16,921 nt of DNA from Thermoproteota archaeon (GTDB lineage Archaea > Korarchaeota > Korarchaeia > Korarchaeales > Korarchaeaceae). Below are positions 7,326 to 15,888 of the stretch, in pieces. The stretch spans positions 1-16,921 of the forward strand of contig JAOZFI010000062.1 of the NCBI GenBank assembly GCA_027491395.1. The letters are read 5' to 3'. The translations under genes and the position numbers were made by a program. Below the pieces are notes generated by a model. It had not been told where the DNA came from, did no database searches, and saw nothing but the letters and a program-made list of their open reading frames with translations. Numbering within the stretch: position 1 is the stretch's first letter; every line of letters begins with the position of its first letter.

Positions 7326-7760
7326 ATGGACATCTTTGTTGATTCCAACCTATTGGTTTACCTGAACGTGTGCTTATTTGATAGGGCTAAGATCTTGGAG
7401 GAATTCTGGGCACGCTTAATTAGGGATCACAACCTATACATAAGCCAGTTTGTGCTGGAAGAACTCAACTACACGTCAGTCATTTACAGGGGAGGGCTAG
7501 TTAGGATATACGAGTTCGTCGATAGGATAGTCCTTCCATTCGTCGAGATGCTGCCCCTAGACCACGACGTGAATGCACTAGCCTTCCACTATGCACGCAA
7601 ATACGGTTTAAACCTCTCAGATGCGCTTCACGTCGCTACTATAAAGCTATACGAACTGGATGCGATAGCCAGCGATGATGAAGACTTCGATAGGGCGGGG
7701 ATAAGGAGGATCTGGCTAGACGATCTCGGTGCTCGCGCGCGAGGTGAAACCGAAGTCTGA
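7326..7760 (+). CDS. vapC: VapC-family PIN-domain toxin
   Basis: IFVDSN, VLEEL, LSDALHVAT and ASDDEDFD motifs, with a GAGGTG RBS. The last ~12 codons appear to be read-through across a junction. Confidence 0.92.
   Translation: MDIFVDSNLLVYLNVCLFDRAKILEEFWARLIRDHNLYISQFVLEELNYTSVIYRGGLVRIYEFVDRIVLPFVEMLPLDHDVNALAFHYARKYGLNLSDALHVATIKLYELDAIASDDEDFDRAGIRRIWLDDLGARARGETEV
7712..7742 (+). repeat. Right copy of the imperfect direct repeat, containing a perfect palindrome
   Basis: CTGGCTAGA-CGATCTCGGTG-CTCGCGCGCGA. CTCGCGCGCGAG (7732-7743) is a perfect 12-bp palindrome. Confidence 0.7.
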
Positions 7761-8283
7761 AGGTCTCTCCAGCAGGCCGTAGCTCACCTGAAATAGATCA
7801 TCCAGGGGAGTTCCCTTAACGCGGGAGGCAACGTATATCTTCAGCCTCATCTCTTTGAGGACCTGCAGCTCTGCCCCTCGATCCCCTCATCCCTTGAGTC
7901 AATCCCCAGCTATCACAGGGGCAGTCCCAGAGACCTTCTTAACGTACTCGTAGCCGCCGCGCGCGGGAATAGCCCTCGACTATGGGGGCGTGACTCTCGA
8001 ATCCCCGGAGAAGCCTCACTTTCTCCTTTTGGGTGATGTTCTCCAGTCTTACGCACCTCCCTTCGTAGTAGGCGAGGTATATGAGGGAACTCGCTGGGTG
8101 GGGCGGCCTGATGTGATAGTTAGCTCCCATGCCTATCTCCCTGATTTTATTGATTACCTCGGGATGGGTCTCCAGCAGGACCCTGAGTGCTGGTCCGGTG
8201 AAGTAGAAGTCAGCCCTGATCCCGCTAGCCTCGTATATGCCGAGGAGTCTGCTGAGAGTCTCAGCGCACAGATCCGGGTCATA
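7742..8283 (-). pseudogene. Decayed 3' continuation of the 649-aa gene (second deacetylase/NodB-like domain)
   Basis: In frame after the TAA at 8284-8286: YDPDLCAETLSRLLGIYEASGIRADFYFTGPALRVLLETHPEVINKIREIGMGANYHIRPPHP.... After frameshifts it reads GGYEYVKKVSGTAPVIAG and AELQVLKEMRLKIYV...YGLLERPSDF, ending at the vapC junction. Confidence 0.75.
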
Positions 8284-10233
8284 TTAGTCATTCACATTTA
8301 CGGCTAAGTAGACGTAATAACGGGGCCCATCCGGATCTACCTGCCTCCACAGGCCTCCCTTGCCGCGCTCGTACCTCTGCCTAGCCTTCTCCCACTTAAG
8401 GTAAAGCTCGGTCATTTCATCGAAGGTCATCCACACCACTTTCCCCTGCTTGGCCAGGGGATCTACCACTTCACTAAACCACCTCTCATAAGCTTGGAGA
8501 ACTCTCCTCAGCTCCTCGCCGGTTCCAGTCTGGTAGAGGTGGGAGCTGGCCCACCACACGTTTATGTGATCAGCATCCATGTCTAGGAGGGCCCTCTTGA
8601 GGCTCTCGGTGGCGGCGTCGAAGCACCTTGGGTTGGTCCTGCAGTCCACCTCGAACTCACTGCTCGAGTACCATCCCGGTAGGTAGACTATCGAGCCTGA
8701 GGGATCGTGCTTCAGCCACTCCCCGCTAGTAAGGTCGAGCATCGATACTGGGGGGAGTATCCAGGGGTGCAGCCACTGGGGCGGCTGGTGCGTTGCCCTG
8801 TAGTACGGCTTCTCCACTGAGGTCATGCTGGTGAATCCCAGGCAACCATCGCACACTCCCAGCAGGTTCACGTTCTCCAAGTCGAATCCCGCTCCCAAGT
8901 TCGTGGGCTCCTCCCCTATCGCCTTTGCAACGGCCTCCTTCACTTCCCTATTGTATTGAAGTCTGGCCTCATCGGTGTTAAGCCCCAGCTCCTCCATGTG
9001 ATGACCCAGATGACTCTGTACCCCTATCCCATGCCCTCTCCTCTTCAGCTCCCTTAGGATGTATCTTCCGAACTTCACATCGCCCCAAGCGAAGTTCTTC
9101 TCGGGCTGGATGGAGAGCTTGGCCCCGTGCTCCTCGAACTTCTTAGCGAGGGCGTCGAGCGAATCCGCGTACATGTTGAAGACCTCCTGGTCCTGATCAT
9201 AGTAGAGTCTCCTTACACCATCCGCCTTGACCTTAACTATCTCCTCGATGTGTAGCTGGAAGCCCACGAGCAGGGCCTCCCTCCTGCAGTCAAAGGGACA
9301 CGACTCCCAGGATTCAGAGGCGTCACACACCCCGTTACCACACGTATCCGGGATCTCGACAGTATCCAGCAGCGAGCCGCTCCCGATCCGGCGCCCTCCA
9401 GAGGAGAAGAAGGAGAGCGCCTCCTCGAAGTACTCCTCAAGGGGCATCTCGTGCCCCGTATCGTGCCAGAAAATCTTTCTCTCCCTAGCCGAGGTGGCGG
9501 CCTCGTATGCGAACTCGCAGGCCTCTGGGGTGAGCAGATCATCGCGCTTCCCGCAGTGGAAATGCACTTCTCCTGTGTACTTGGGTAGGTAATAGAGGGG
9601 ATCTATCTGCCTGAGCACCCTCTCGTCTTGGGGCAGGGAAGCCCTTCCAACCCTCCCGTGCTTCTTCACATAACTCAGGTTGGCAGCTGCCAACAGGAGT
9701 TCAGCCTTGTCCACGGCAGCCCCCTTTCCCAAGGCTACTCCCGAGACTATGCTGCCTAGACTCCTTCCCACCAAGTAAACCTCTTCCGCACCCTCCTGCC
9801 TCAAGAATTGGGAGATGAGCACGATCTCATCAGATCCTTTCTTTATGACTAGAGCAATTTTTCTAGGATCTTTCAGGGAACCTCTCTCACCGTGCATCGG
9901 AAGGTCGAAGGCGAACGTGCAGAAACCCTCTCTCTCGAAGGCCTCCATGTCCTCAGACCATCTCTCCTTACTACCGCCCAATCCGTGGACGAAGATTATG
10001 CACCTCCCGTTCCAGCCGGAGGGCCTGTGGTAGATGTGAGGGATCTTCGATATGATATCCGTCGCTCCTCGACTCCGGGTCTGCGTTCCGGAAGTGGTCG
10101 CAGTCGATCTGGATGTAGGGTTGGTCACAGCTGAACTAGTACTGATGCGTTCTTGATGGCGGTATTCGGTGATAATTAAGAAAACCAGCCCAACGGCAAG
10201 GAGGATCATGAGGAGAAGCGCTAACCTACTCAA
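8284..10233 (-). CDS. Membrane-anchored alpha/beta-hydrolase fused to a polysaccharide-deacetylase-like domain; prematurely terminated
   Basis: N-terminal TM helix and S/T linker, then IFVHGLGG, FDLPMHGER, GRSLG (GxSxG), GKRDDLL and TGHEM. A CGNGVC...CPFDC linker follows, then GFQLHIEE, FEEHGAKLSI and GHGIGVQSH (NodB-like). Confidence 0.85.
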   Translation of the reverse strand: MSRLALLLMILLAVGLVFLIITEYRHQERISTSSAVTNPTSRSTATTSGTQTRSRGATDIISKIPHIYHRPSGWNGRCIIFVHGLGGSKERWSEDMEAFEREGFCTFAFDLPMHGERGSLKDPRKIALVIKKGSDEIVLISQFLRQEGAEEVYLVGRSLGSIVSGVALGKGAAVDKAELLLAAANLSYVKKHGRVGRASLPQDERVLRQIDPLYYLPKYTGEVHFHCGKRDDLLTPEACEFAYEAATSARERKIFWHDTGHEMPLEEYFEEALSFFSSGGRRIGSGSLLDTVEIPDTCGNGVCDASESWESCPFDCRREALLVGFQLHIEEIVKVKADGVRRLYYDQDQEVFNMYADSLDALAKKFEEHGAKLSIQPEKNFAWGDVKFGRYILRELKRRGHGIGVQSHLGHHMEELGLNTDEARLQYNREVKEAVAKAIGEEPTNLGAGFDLENVNLLGVCDGCLGFTSMTSVEKPYYRATHQPPQWLHPWILPPVSMLDLTSGEWLKHDPSGSIVYLPGWYSSSEFEVDCRTNPRCFDAATESLKRALLDMDADHINVWWASSHLYQTGTGEELRRVLQAYERWFSEVVDPLAKQGKVVWMTFDEMTELYLKWEKARQRYERGKGGLWRQVDPDGPRYYVYLAVNVND

Positions 10234-10534
10234 TGTCCCACTTCCCCACCAGCGCCTAGGGTCGCCGGACTTACCCTCGAATTAATGATTGGACCAACAT
10301 AAATATATAGCTCAATAGTTCATATGCACGCTTTATCCATTCCACTAAAGCGAGTAAGTGTATATTTCTGATGGTTTCCAACGGGAAGATAATGCGATCT
10401 TCGACGTTACTTAGAGAGTTGAGCGAACAAGGATCCGCCCGCGATCCTCCATTCAACGAACGCTCGTGACGCTGGAGCGCTAGAGTACCGAAGCATACGA
10501 CGGGACTATCAATCAGAGTTCGAGGTGAAGGGGT

Positions 10535-11053
10535 TCACCAATATTCATATTCACTACCTGCTGCCTCAGAGGGACCTATCCACCTGCCGACTGGGTTGGC
10601 AACCTCTACGCCGTACCTTTCCCCTATGACCCTGAAGAGGGGATCCGATGAGTACGCTATGTCCACGAACCCCCTGACCGGTAAGAAGCAGAGGAAATCC
10701 CACACGTGGATGCGGGTTTCAGAACTCTCCTTTAGGGCTTCTCTGATCACATCAGCGGTTATGGGTACCTTCACAATGGATTCATCCTCCATTATTCGCT
10801 CTACGATGGCTAAAGCCTCGTGTAATGGTACTCTGAGCCCCCGAAAAGCCATAACGTGGAATATCTCAATCAGCTGATGGTGAGAGATGTAAATGTGGAG
10901 GGACGGAAATACATCCCTGAAGAACTCCACCACCCTCTCGTGGATCTCCAAGGCTAGGTTAAACTCCTCCTCTGATTTGAATCTGCGTCTTACAGGTCTC
11001 TTCTTGGCGAAACTCCAGAGTTCGGTGTCAACGAAGGCTCTCAATTCAATCAC
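10535..11053 (-). CDS. PIN-domain (VapC-like) protein
   Basis: AFVDTELW, HQLIEI, IHVWDFL and YSSDP supply the acidic residues, with a VANP C-terminal motif. The GTG start overlaps the stop of an upstream mini-ORF. Confidence 0.82.
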   Translation of the reverse strand: MIELRAFVDTELWSFAKKRPVRRRFKSEEEFNLALEIHERVVEFFRDVFPSLHIYISHHQLIEIFHVMAFRGLRVPLHEALAIVERIMEDESIVKVPITADVIREALKESSETRIHVWDFLCFLPVRGFVDIAYSSDPLFRVIGERYGVEVANPVGRWIGPSEAAGSEYEYW

Positions 11054-11156
11054 CGAGATCCTCGTACCCGTACTCCGTCAGATCATCGGGACCCGCGCCT
11101 TCCACGGGTCTCAGGATTAGATCCACTAGTTCTTTCCTCTTCCTACCGCCATCCAT
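11046..11156 (-). CDS. 36-aa antitoxin-like peptide, probably the C-terminal part of a truncated antitoxin
   Basis: MDGGRKRKELVDLILRPVEGAGPDDLTEYGYEDLGD* has an acidic tail, and its TGA overlaps the PIN start (GGTGATTGA). An in-frame stop 12 codons upstream leaves no room for a DNA-binding domain. Confidence 0.55.
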   Translation of the reverse strand: MDGGRKRKELVDLILRPVEGAGPDDLTEYGYEDLGD

Positions 11157-11399
11157 ATACTCCGCAGGGTATCCCAGGCCGGGACCTAGTCATTAATGGT
11201 AACTCCGGTTGCCTCCCGGTCATCATCAACCACGATCGTGCCGGGGAGCACACTCCTTGTCTTAGTCCATGTCCACGGTAGCTTGGTGGGATGATAAAAT
11301 GCAGGTCCTTGACGATAGAACTCTGATTGATTGGCTGTGAGATTAGTGAGAGGAGGGCTTTGAGCACCTCCGAACTCCACATCCCAACGCTCTCAATAA

Positions 11400-11690
11400 A
11401 CCTCCCTTACCGGCAACCTCAACCACAACGATAGATGTAGGGTCCTGACAAGACTCGCTAGCTCGCAGAACGTCGTTAGATGAACAAGTTTAGGAAGCAG
11501 GAGGAGGACACGATTCACCAACCTCACATTGCCGACAGTATCTATATGTACACCCTACTATCTACTATCTCTCTGGCTCATTCCAAGGAATCTCGAGAGG
11601 TCCCGAAGAGGTCACGAACATATTCCTTCCCAGTAGTGGGAGGGAGGAAGAAAATCGAGTTTAACCGAAGCTGCTAGAGTCGTAGCACTC
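11400..11690 (-). pseudogene. Possible heavily degraded M20-family peptidase/deacylase remnant
   Basis: Ordered fragments in different frames: PTTGKE, EIVDSRVYI / DTVGNV / EVGE, and DPTSIVVVEVAGKGG. These echo the PSxSGxE, DxxGNV and VxGKxxH motifs of ArgE/DapE-like proteins. Confidence 0.3.
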
Positions 11691-11722
11691 ACCACGACAT
11701 CCTTCCTGATCTCCTTCATTCG

Positions 11723-13396
11723 CTACTTCGATCGGTTGCCCGATCTCCTGTACTTCACCAGTAGCAGCACCCCTAGCAGCAGTATCAGAACCCCCGATAG
11801 CGCGAGCCCCCACAGGTAGGTCCTATCCATCACTTCTCCTCTGCCCACCCCTCCCTCCTGAGTAGTGATCCTAGAGTTGACAGTTGGGCTTATCCCCCTC
11901 CCTTGAGTGGTGCTGACAGAGGTCTTTGGAGTTTCCTCGCCGCGAACCGATTCTTTGGTAGTGGAACTCCGAGCCGTCTTAGATCGCTCGCTCCCTCCTT
12001 TCTCGATGACGACGGATGCCTCGTCTCCCACGGTGATCTCCCCGCTTCTCCCCACCACCTTCACCACCAACAGACCGGGCCTCGCTTCCTCGGGCACCTT
12101 GAACCTGACGATCGACTCGAACGGTGGGACCCCGGTTGGTGGATCGATGCTCGCCACCTTGGGTCTCACCTCTAACCTCACAGTATCCCTGAACCCGCCC
12201 AACCCGGTGACATTAACTTTGAGGATCACATCATCTCCCGGTTCGACTTCCACGAGGGGCGGGGAGACCTCCAAGGTGAAGTAGGGGCTCGCAGCGCCGA
12301 CTACCCTCACCCTCACAGTCCTCTCCCTACTTTCCGTCGACGACTCTCCGATAATTCTTATCCCGTAGCTCCCCTCTTCGGCTCCCCTGCTGCCTATCGT
12401 GAGGTTTGATGAGAACGGAGCTGTACCGCTAGTCTTAGAGAGGGAGCACTGAATTACGGGCGGACAAATCACCCTCAGATCCACCCTCATCGGCGAGTCG
12501 GAGATCACATCTATGAGCACCCTTCCCTCGGATCCCCTCACCAGCTGCAGATAGGCTGGACGGACCCTGAGGTGGAATTCCGTAGGAGCGGTGGGCGAAC
12601 CGGATGTAGTTGGGGCGGGGGTAGTGGTGAGTGATGTGGTCGTTGTGACCGTGGTGGTCGATGACGAGGAAGCCACGGTGGTGGTCGAACTCGTTGCACT
12701 GGTCGTGACTGGAGGGGGCACTCCAGGCACGGGGAGGGAGGTGCAAGTCACTTCTATCCTAGGCGGATAGGTGGATTCCTTGCTGTAGAAAAGAGCGTAA
12801 CCACCCGATCCCCCGGAATCGAGTATGAGGCCGTTCGGTATGCTCATCTTATTGGATCTGACCCATTCGGTGACATCTAGCCTCACCTCATCCCCATCCC
12901 TCAATTCGGAGTAGTATTTGTGATCGAGCTGGTCAGAGGTGTCGTACTCGCCTCCGCTCCAAGGGTCTCCCTTCCTAGCCTCCTCCCAAGTGACTTCCCC
13001 CTCGACAAACCCCTTCTTTAGGGCATAGACCCTCACCATGATATTCCTGCCCTCCTTCGCCCTTAGAACGAGCTCAGCCCTACCAACGGGACAGGATACC
13101 GAGGTGAGAGGGAAGTTCAGGACAACCCTCCCGACGTAGAGCAGGTTCATGCTGCTCGAGCTTCCCAAAGTCAGCTTCCACATTTTCCCTAAGAAGAGAG
13201 TGGAGTCGCTCCCGTAGTTCCTCCCATCTAACACATTTCCTCGGTTGTCCTTTCCGTGGATTATGCTCGAATCGGCCACCGGAGTTATGGTGATGGGTCC
13301 AGTGGCCATCGCGTTGCTAGTAATTAGTAGCAGGGAGACGAGCAGCACGATCAAGCAGTAGTAGACAGGTCTGGTGCGGAGAGGACCTACAGGCAC
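11723..13396 (-). CDS. Cell-surface protein: signal peptide, DNRLRE/disaggregatase-like domain, Thr-rich linker, two Ig-like domains, C-terminal TM anchor
   Basis: ITPVADSSI, NYGSDSTL, VTWEEA...PWSGG, LDVTEWV, NGLIL and FYSKES..PPRIEV are DNRLRE-type motifs. Two repeats (SGTAPFSS / TGVPPFES) follow. It ends LWGLALSGVLILLLGVLLLV-KYRR. Confidence 0.82.
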   Translation of the reverse strand: MPVGPLRTRPVYYCLIVLLVSLLLITSNAMATGPITITPVADSSIIHGKDNRGNVLDGRNYGSDSTLFLGKMWKLTLGSSSSMNLLYVGRVVLNFPLTSVSCPVGRAELVLRAKEGRNIMVRVYALKKGFVEGEVTWEEARKGDPWSGGEYDTSDQLDHKYYSELRDGDEVRLDVTEWVRSNKMSIPNGLILDSGGSGGYALFYSKESTYPPRIEVTCTSLPVPGVPPPVTTSATSSTTTVASSSSTTTVTTTTSLTTTPAPTTSGSPTAPTEFHLRVRPAYLQLVRGSEGRVLIDVISDSPMRVDLRVICPPVIQCSLSKTSGTAPFSSNLTIGSRGAEEGSYGIRIIGESSTESRERTVRVRVVGAASPYFTLEVSPPLVEVEPGDDVILKVNVTGLGGFRDTVRLEVRPKVASIDPPTGVPPFESIVRFKVPEEARPGLLVVKVVGRSGEITVGDEASVVIEKGGSERSKTARSSTTKESVRGEETPKTSVSTTQGRGISPTVNSRITTQEGGVGRGEVMDRTYLWGLALSGVLILLLGVLLLVKYRRSGNRSK

Positions 13397-13403
13397 AGTT
13401 AGA

Positions 13404-14135
13404 TCACCCGTATCCTAAGAGTACGCCCTCAGATTCACCGGAAATCCACCTGACCAGCAGTCCCTCCTTGGAGATCCAAGCCTTGTAATTCGATCCCTGG
13501 AATATCCAACAGTCGAAGGTGCCCGCAGGTACGGTGACCCTCTCCTCTCCAACGTATCTCATTCCCTCCCCACTCACCGGCATCTGGGAAGCTTGAGAGC
13601 ACGGTACATCCCTCTTTCCAATCCCAGGTATTTCTATTGCGGCCTTAACACACCTTCCTGTGCCTTTATCGTACCAGATCTCCATCTCACTGGTCTGAGG
13701 TCCCTCTACGGATATCCTCTGGTGGTAGCATTCCCTACCATCCACCCGTTCCTCACCGAGGTTCTCCAAGGTGTACCTGATACGGTTCCCCTTCACAACC
13801 ACTTCATACTTCAACCAAGCATAGCGAAATATCCCAGTCTCATATGAAGGGTTTTCTCCCCTAGAAGTACTTGAGGATCTAACCGAGGTCTCAGCCCTCT
13901 TAGTCACTTGCGGGGTGGATCTGGTCTCGGTGCCACTGGATCCCCTGGCCTTCTTTCCCGGTTTCTGCTTCTGCTTAAGCTTCGGCCTCGCCTTAGACTT
14001 AGTTACCTGAATGGTTGATGTAGGCCCCTGATCCCCCTCTTGAGAACCCTGAAGGTAGAGATACCCAGCGTAAATCAGTATCAGGACGCCAACAGCGATC
14101 ATGATGAAGGCAATCTTGCCACTCATCATGATCAC
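13404..14135 (-). CDS. Membrane-anchored exported protein with a VTVPAGTFDC motif (DUF3108-like beta-sheet fold)
   Basis: N-terminal TM helix, K/S/T-rich linker and two related repeats (LGEERVDGRECYH, VGEERVTVPAGTFDCW). It ends 7 bp before the next gene. A TTTATTAA box lies at about 14157-14164. Confidence 0.75.
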   Translation of the reverse strand: MIMMSGKIAFIMIAVGVLILIYAGYLYLQGSQEGDQGPTSTIQVTKSKARPKLKQKQKPGKKARGSSGTETRSTPQVTKRAETSVRSSSTSRGENPSYETGIFRYAWLKYEVVVKGNRIRYTLENLGEERVDGRECYHQRISVEGPQTSEMEIWYDKGTGRCVKAAIEIPGIGKRDVPCSQASQMPVSGEGMRYVGEERVTVPAGTFDCWIFQGSNYKAWISKEGLLVRWISGESEGVLLGYG

Positions 14136-14697
14136 CTAGTCTTCTTTACTGAACGAATTAATAAACTTCCAAGCAATAAAATTTCTAGATAATTGGGTTG
14201 ACGTGGGGAAGCTACCGGCCAGATTTCTCGGGTTATTCATGGGTAATGAAGATACCGGAGCAGCAAGAGTGCCCTTAGGGAATAAATGCAGCGGAGATTC
14301 TCACCTCATGGATTCAAACTTACTCCTCTTAGGTGGTTTCCACTAGTTATGTCCCATTCATAACTACCTTTACCCACATAAGGGTTATTCAGTTAATCTT
14401 CACTGCTCTAATCCACGGATAATCTTCTCTTATTAATAAATACCAATATCTCTAGGAACAGATTGTGCTTTCCTAGGCGTACTTCCCCCCTTTGACTTAA
14501 CAGATCGTCTCTAGGTAGAGATCCTCCTAGCTTGAAAGCCCCAAGAAGCTGGTGAGGTCATCTATCGGTAGAGAGGACGCATTGCCATCACGGGATTATC
14601 TCCTGCGAACTCCTTCATGGAGTCCTCCCATCCGTGTGGTAGTGTGTGAGAAGTGAGTCGCACTCTCCCCTGGTGTAGTAAGCGCGCCATCCGGTCT

Positions 14698-14714
14698 TGA
14701 AGTCACTCACTTCA
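14698..14714 (-). terminator. Small hairpin just after the MFS stop codon
   Basis: TGAAGT-CACTC-ACTTCA, 3 bp past the stop. There is no U-tract, so its function is uncertain. Confidence 0.25.
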
Positions 14715-14717
14715 GGT

Positions 14718-15845
14718 TCATAAGGAGAGCCTAAGTGTTGAGGCTAAAGCCATAAGGGTGAACGGTCCTAGGAAGGCTATAAGAGGTGAAATCCACTCCA
14801 AACCAAAGGAGGGAAGTAGATCCATCCCAGCACCGATCGCTAGGAGGCCAATAACGGTTCCAATGTTCCCGAGGGAGTTTAGCCTCCCGACTGCTAATGC
14901 AGGATCGGGGAAGGCATAAGCGATGGCCCTAGATACAGGTATGAACGCACCGACGACCATAGAGATTATAGCTAGGCCGATGAGGAGGAGAGGCAGACTC
15001 CTCACTCCTGTGAGCAGCGTACCGATTAACAAGAGGACGGTGAGGGACTTTAGAATTATACCCACTCCAATCCTATCCAAGGCGTAACCCGAGATAAGCT
15101 TGGATCCCACAGACAGCCCTCCCACTAAACTCAGAAACAGGGCTACGGCCCCCTTGCTGAGCGCGAACCACTCCCTCAGAAAGACGTAGACGATTGAGGA
15201 GCCCACGAGGCTGGCCACGCCCCCAATTCCAAACCCCAGCATCAGCAGCCAGTAAACACCTCCCTCGCTTGACGCCTCCTTCACCACCGTTTCCCCCACC
15301 TGAATGTTCAGGGATCCCAAATAGGCGAGGAGCGAGGAGAGGACGTAGAGCGGGAGGGAAGCCAGTACCACGCTTGTCACAGGAGAGGTGCTGAAGAGAA
15401 CCCCGTAGACTGCATCACCGGCAGGGCCGGCTACGGATCCTACGAAGAAGTAGATAGATATTGCCCTCCCAGTTCTTCCCTCCCCTGCTGAGGCCATCAC
15501 CAAGTACTGAATGAAGGGCCAAGTGAGGCCCATCAGAGCCCCCTGAAGGAAGCTCAGTCCCGCGACCTCATACCACCTTCTAGTTAAGGGATACAGTAGG
15601 GTCAAAAGAGCGTTGAGGATGAGGCATAGGGAAGGAAGATATCTCCACCTCCTTCCTATACTACCGCTGAAGTAGGCCGTCAGGGAGCGGCCAAGCATGT
15701 AACCAGAGGTAAGAGTTGATACTCCAAAGAAGGAAGCCCTCAACCCCTCCCTCAGGAAGAAGGATAGGGCCGGGGTCAGCATCCTAGTGGCGAGAGAGCC
15801 CGTGAAGGCTAGCACCGTGAAGGCGACCAGAGCTAGCGTGTTCAC
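14718..15845 (-). CDS. Major facilitator superfamily transporter
   Basis: 375 aa with about 12 hydrophobic segments, the motif-A-like SGYALDRIG, and GRAISIY. A GGTGAGGGG RBS lies upstream. Confidence 0.9.
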   Translation of the reverse strand: MNTLALVAFTVLAFTGSLATRMLTPALSFFLREGLRASFFGVSTLTSGYMLGRSLTAYFSGSIGRRWRYLPSLCLILNALLTLLYPLTRRWYEVAGLSFLQGALMGLTWPFIQYLVMASAGEGRTGRAISIYFFVGSVAGPAGDAVYGVLFSTSPVTSVVLASLPLYVLSSLLAYLGSLNIQVGETVVKEASSEGGVYWLLMLGFGIGGVASLVGSSIVYVFLREWFALSKGAVALFLSLVGGLSVGSKLISGYALDRIGVGIILKSLTVLLLIGTLLTGVRSLPLLLIGLAIISMVVGAFIPVSRAIAYAFPDPALAVGRLNSLGNIGTVIGLLAIGAGMDLLPSFGLEWISPLIAFLGPFTLMALASTLRLSL

Positions 15846-15888
15846 CGAATCCCCTCACCGGTAGTTCGATATATATTCAACGGAGCCT

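Noticed and set aside
8284-8286. Possible stop-codon read-through (pyrrolysine or selenocysteine) in the 649-aa gene
   Set aside because: The codon is TAA, not TAG or TGA, and further frameshifts and stops follow downstream, so decay is the better explanation.
14480-14700. Coding-like fragments downstream of the MFS gene
   Set aside because: Interrupted by stops, and I could not assign them to any family.
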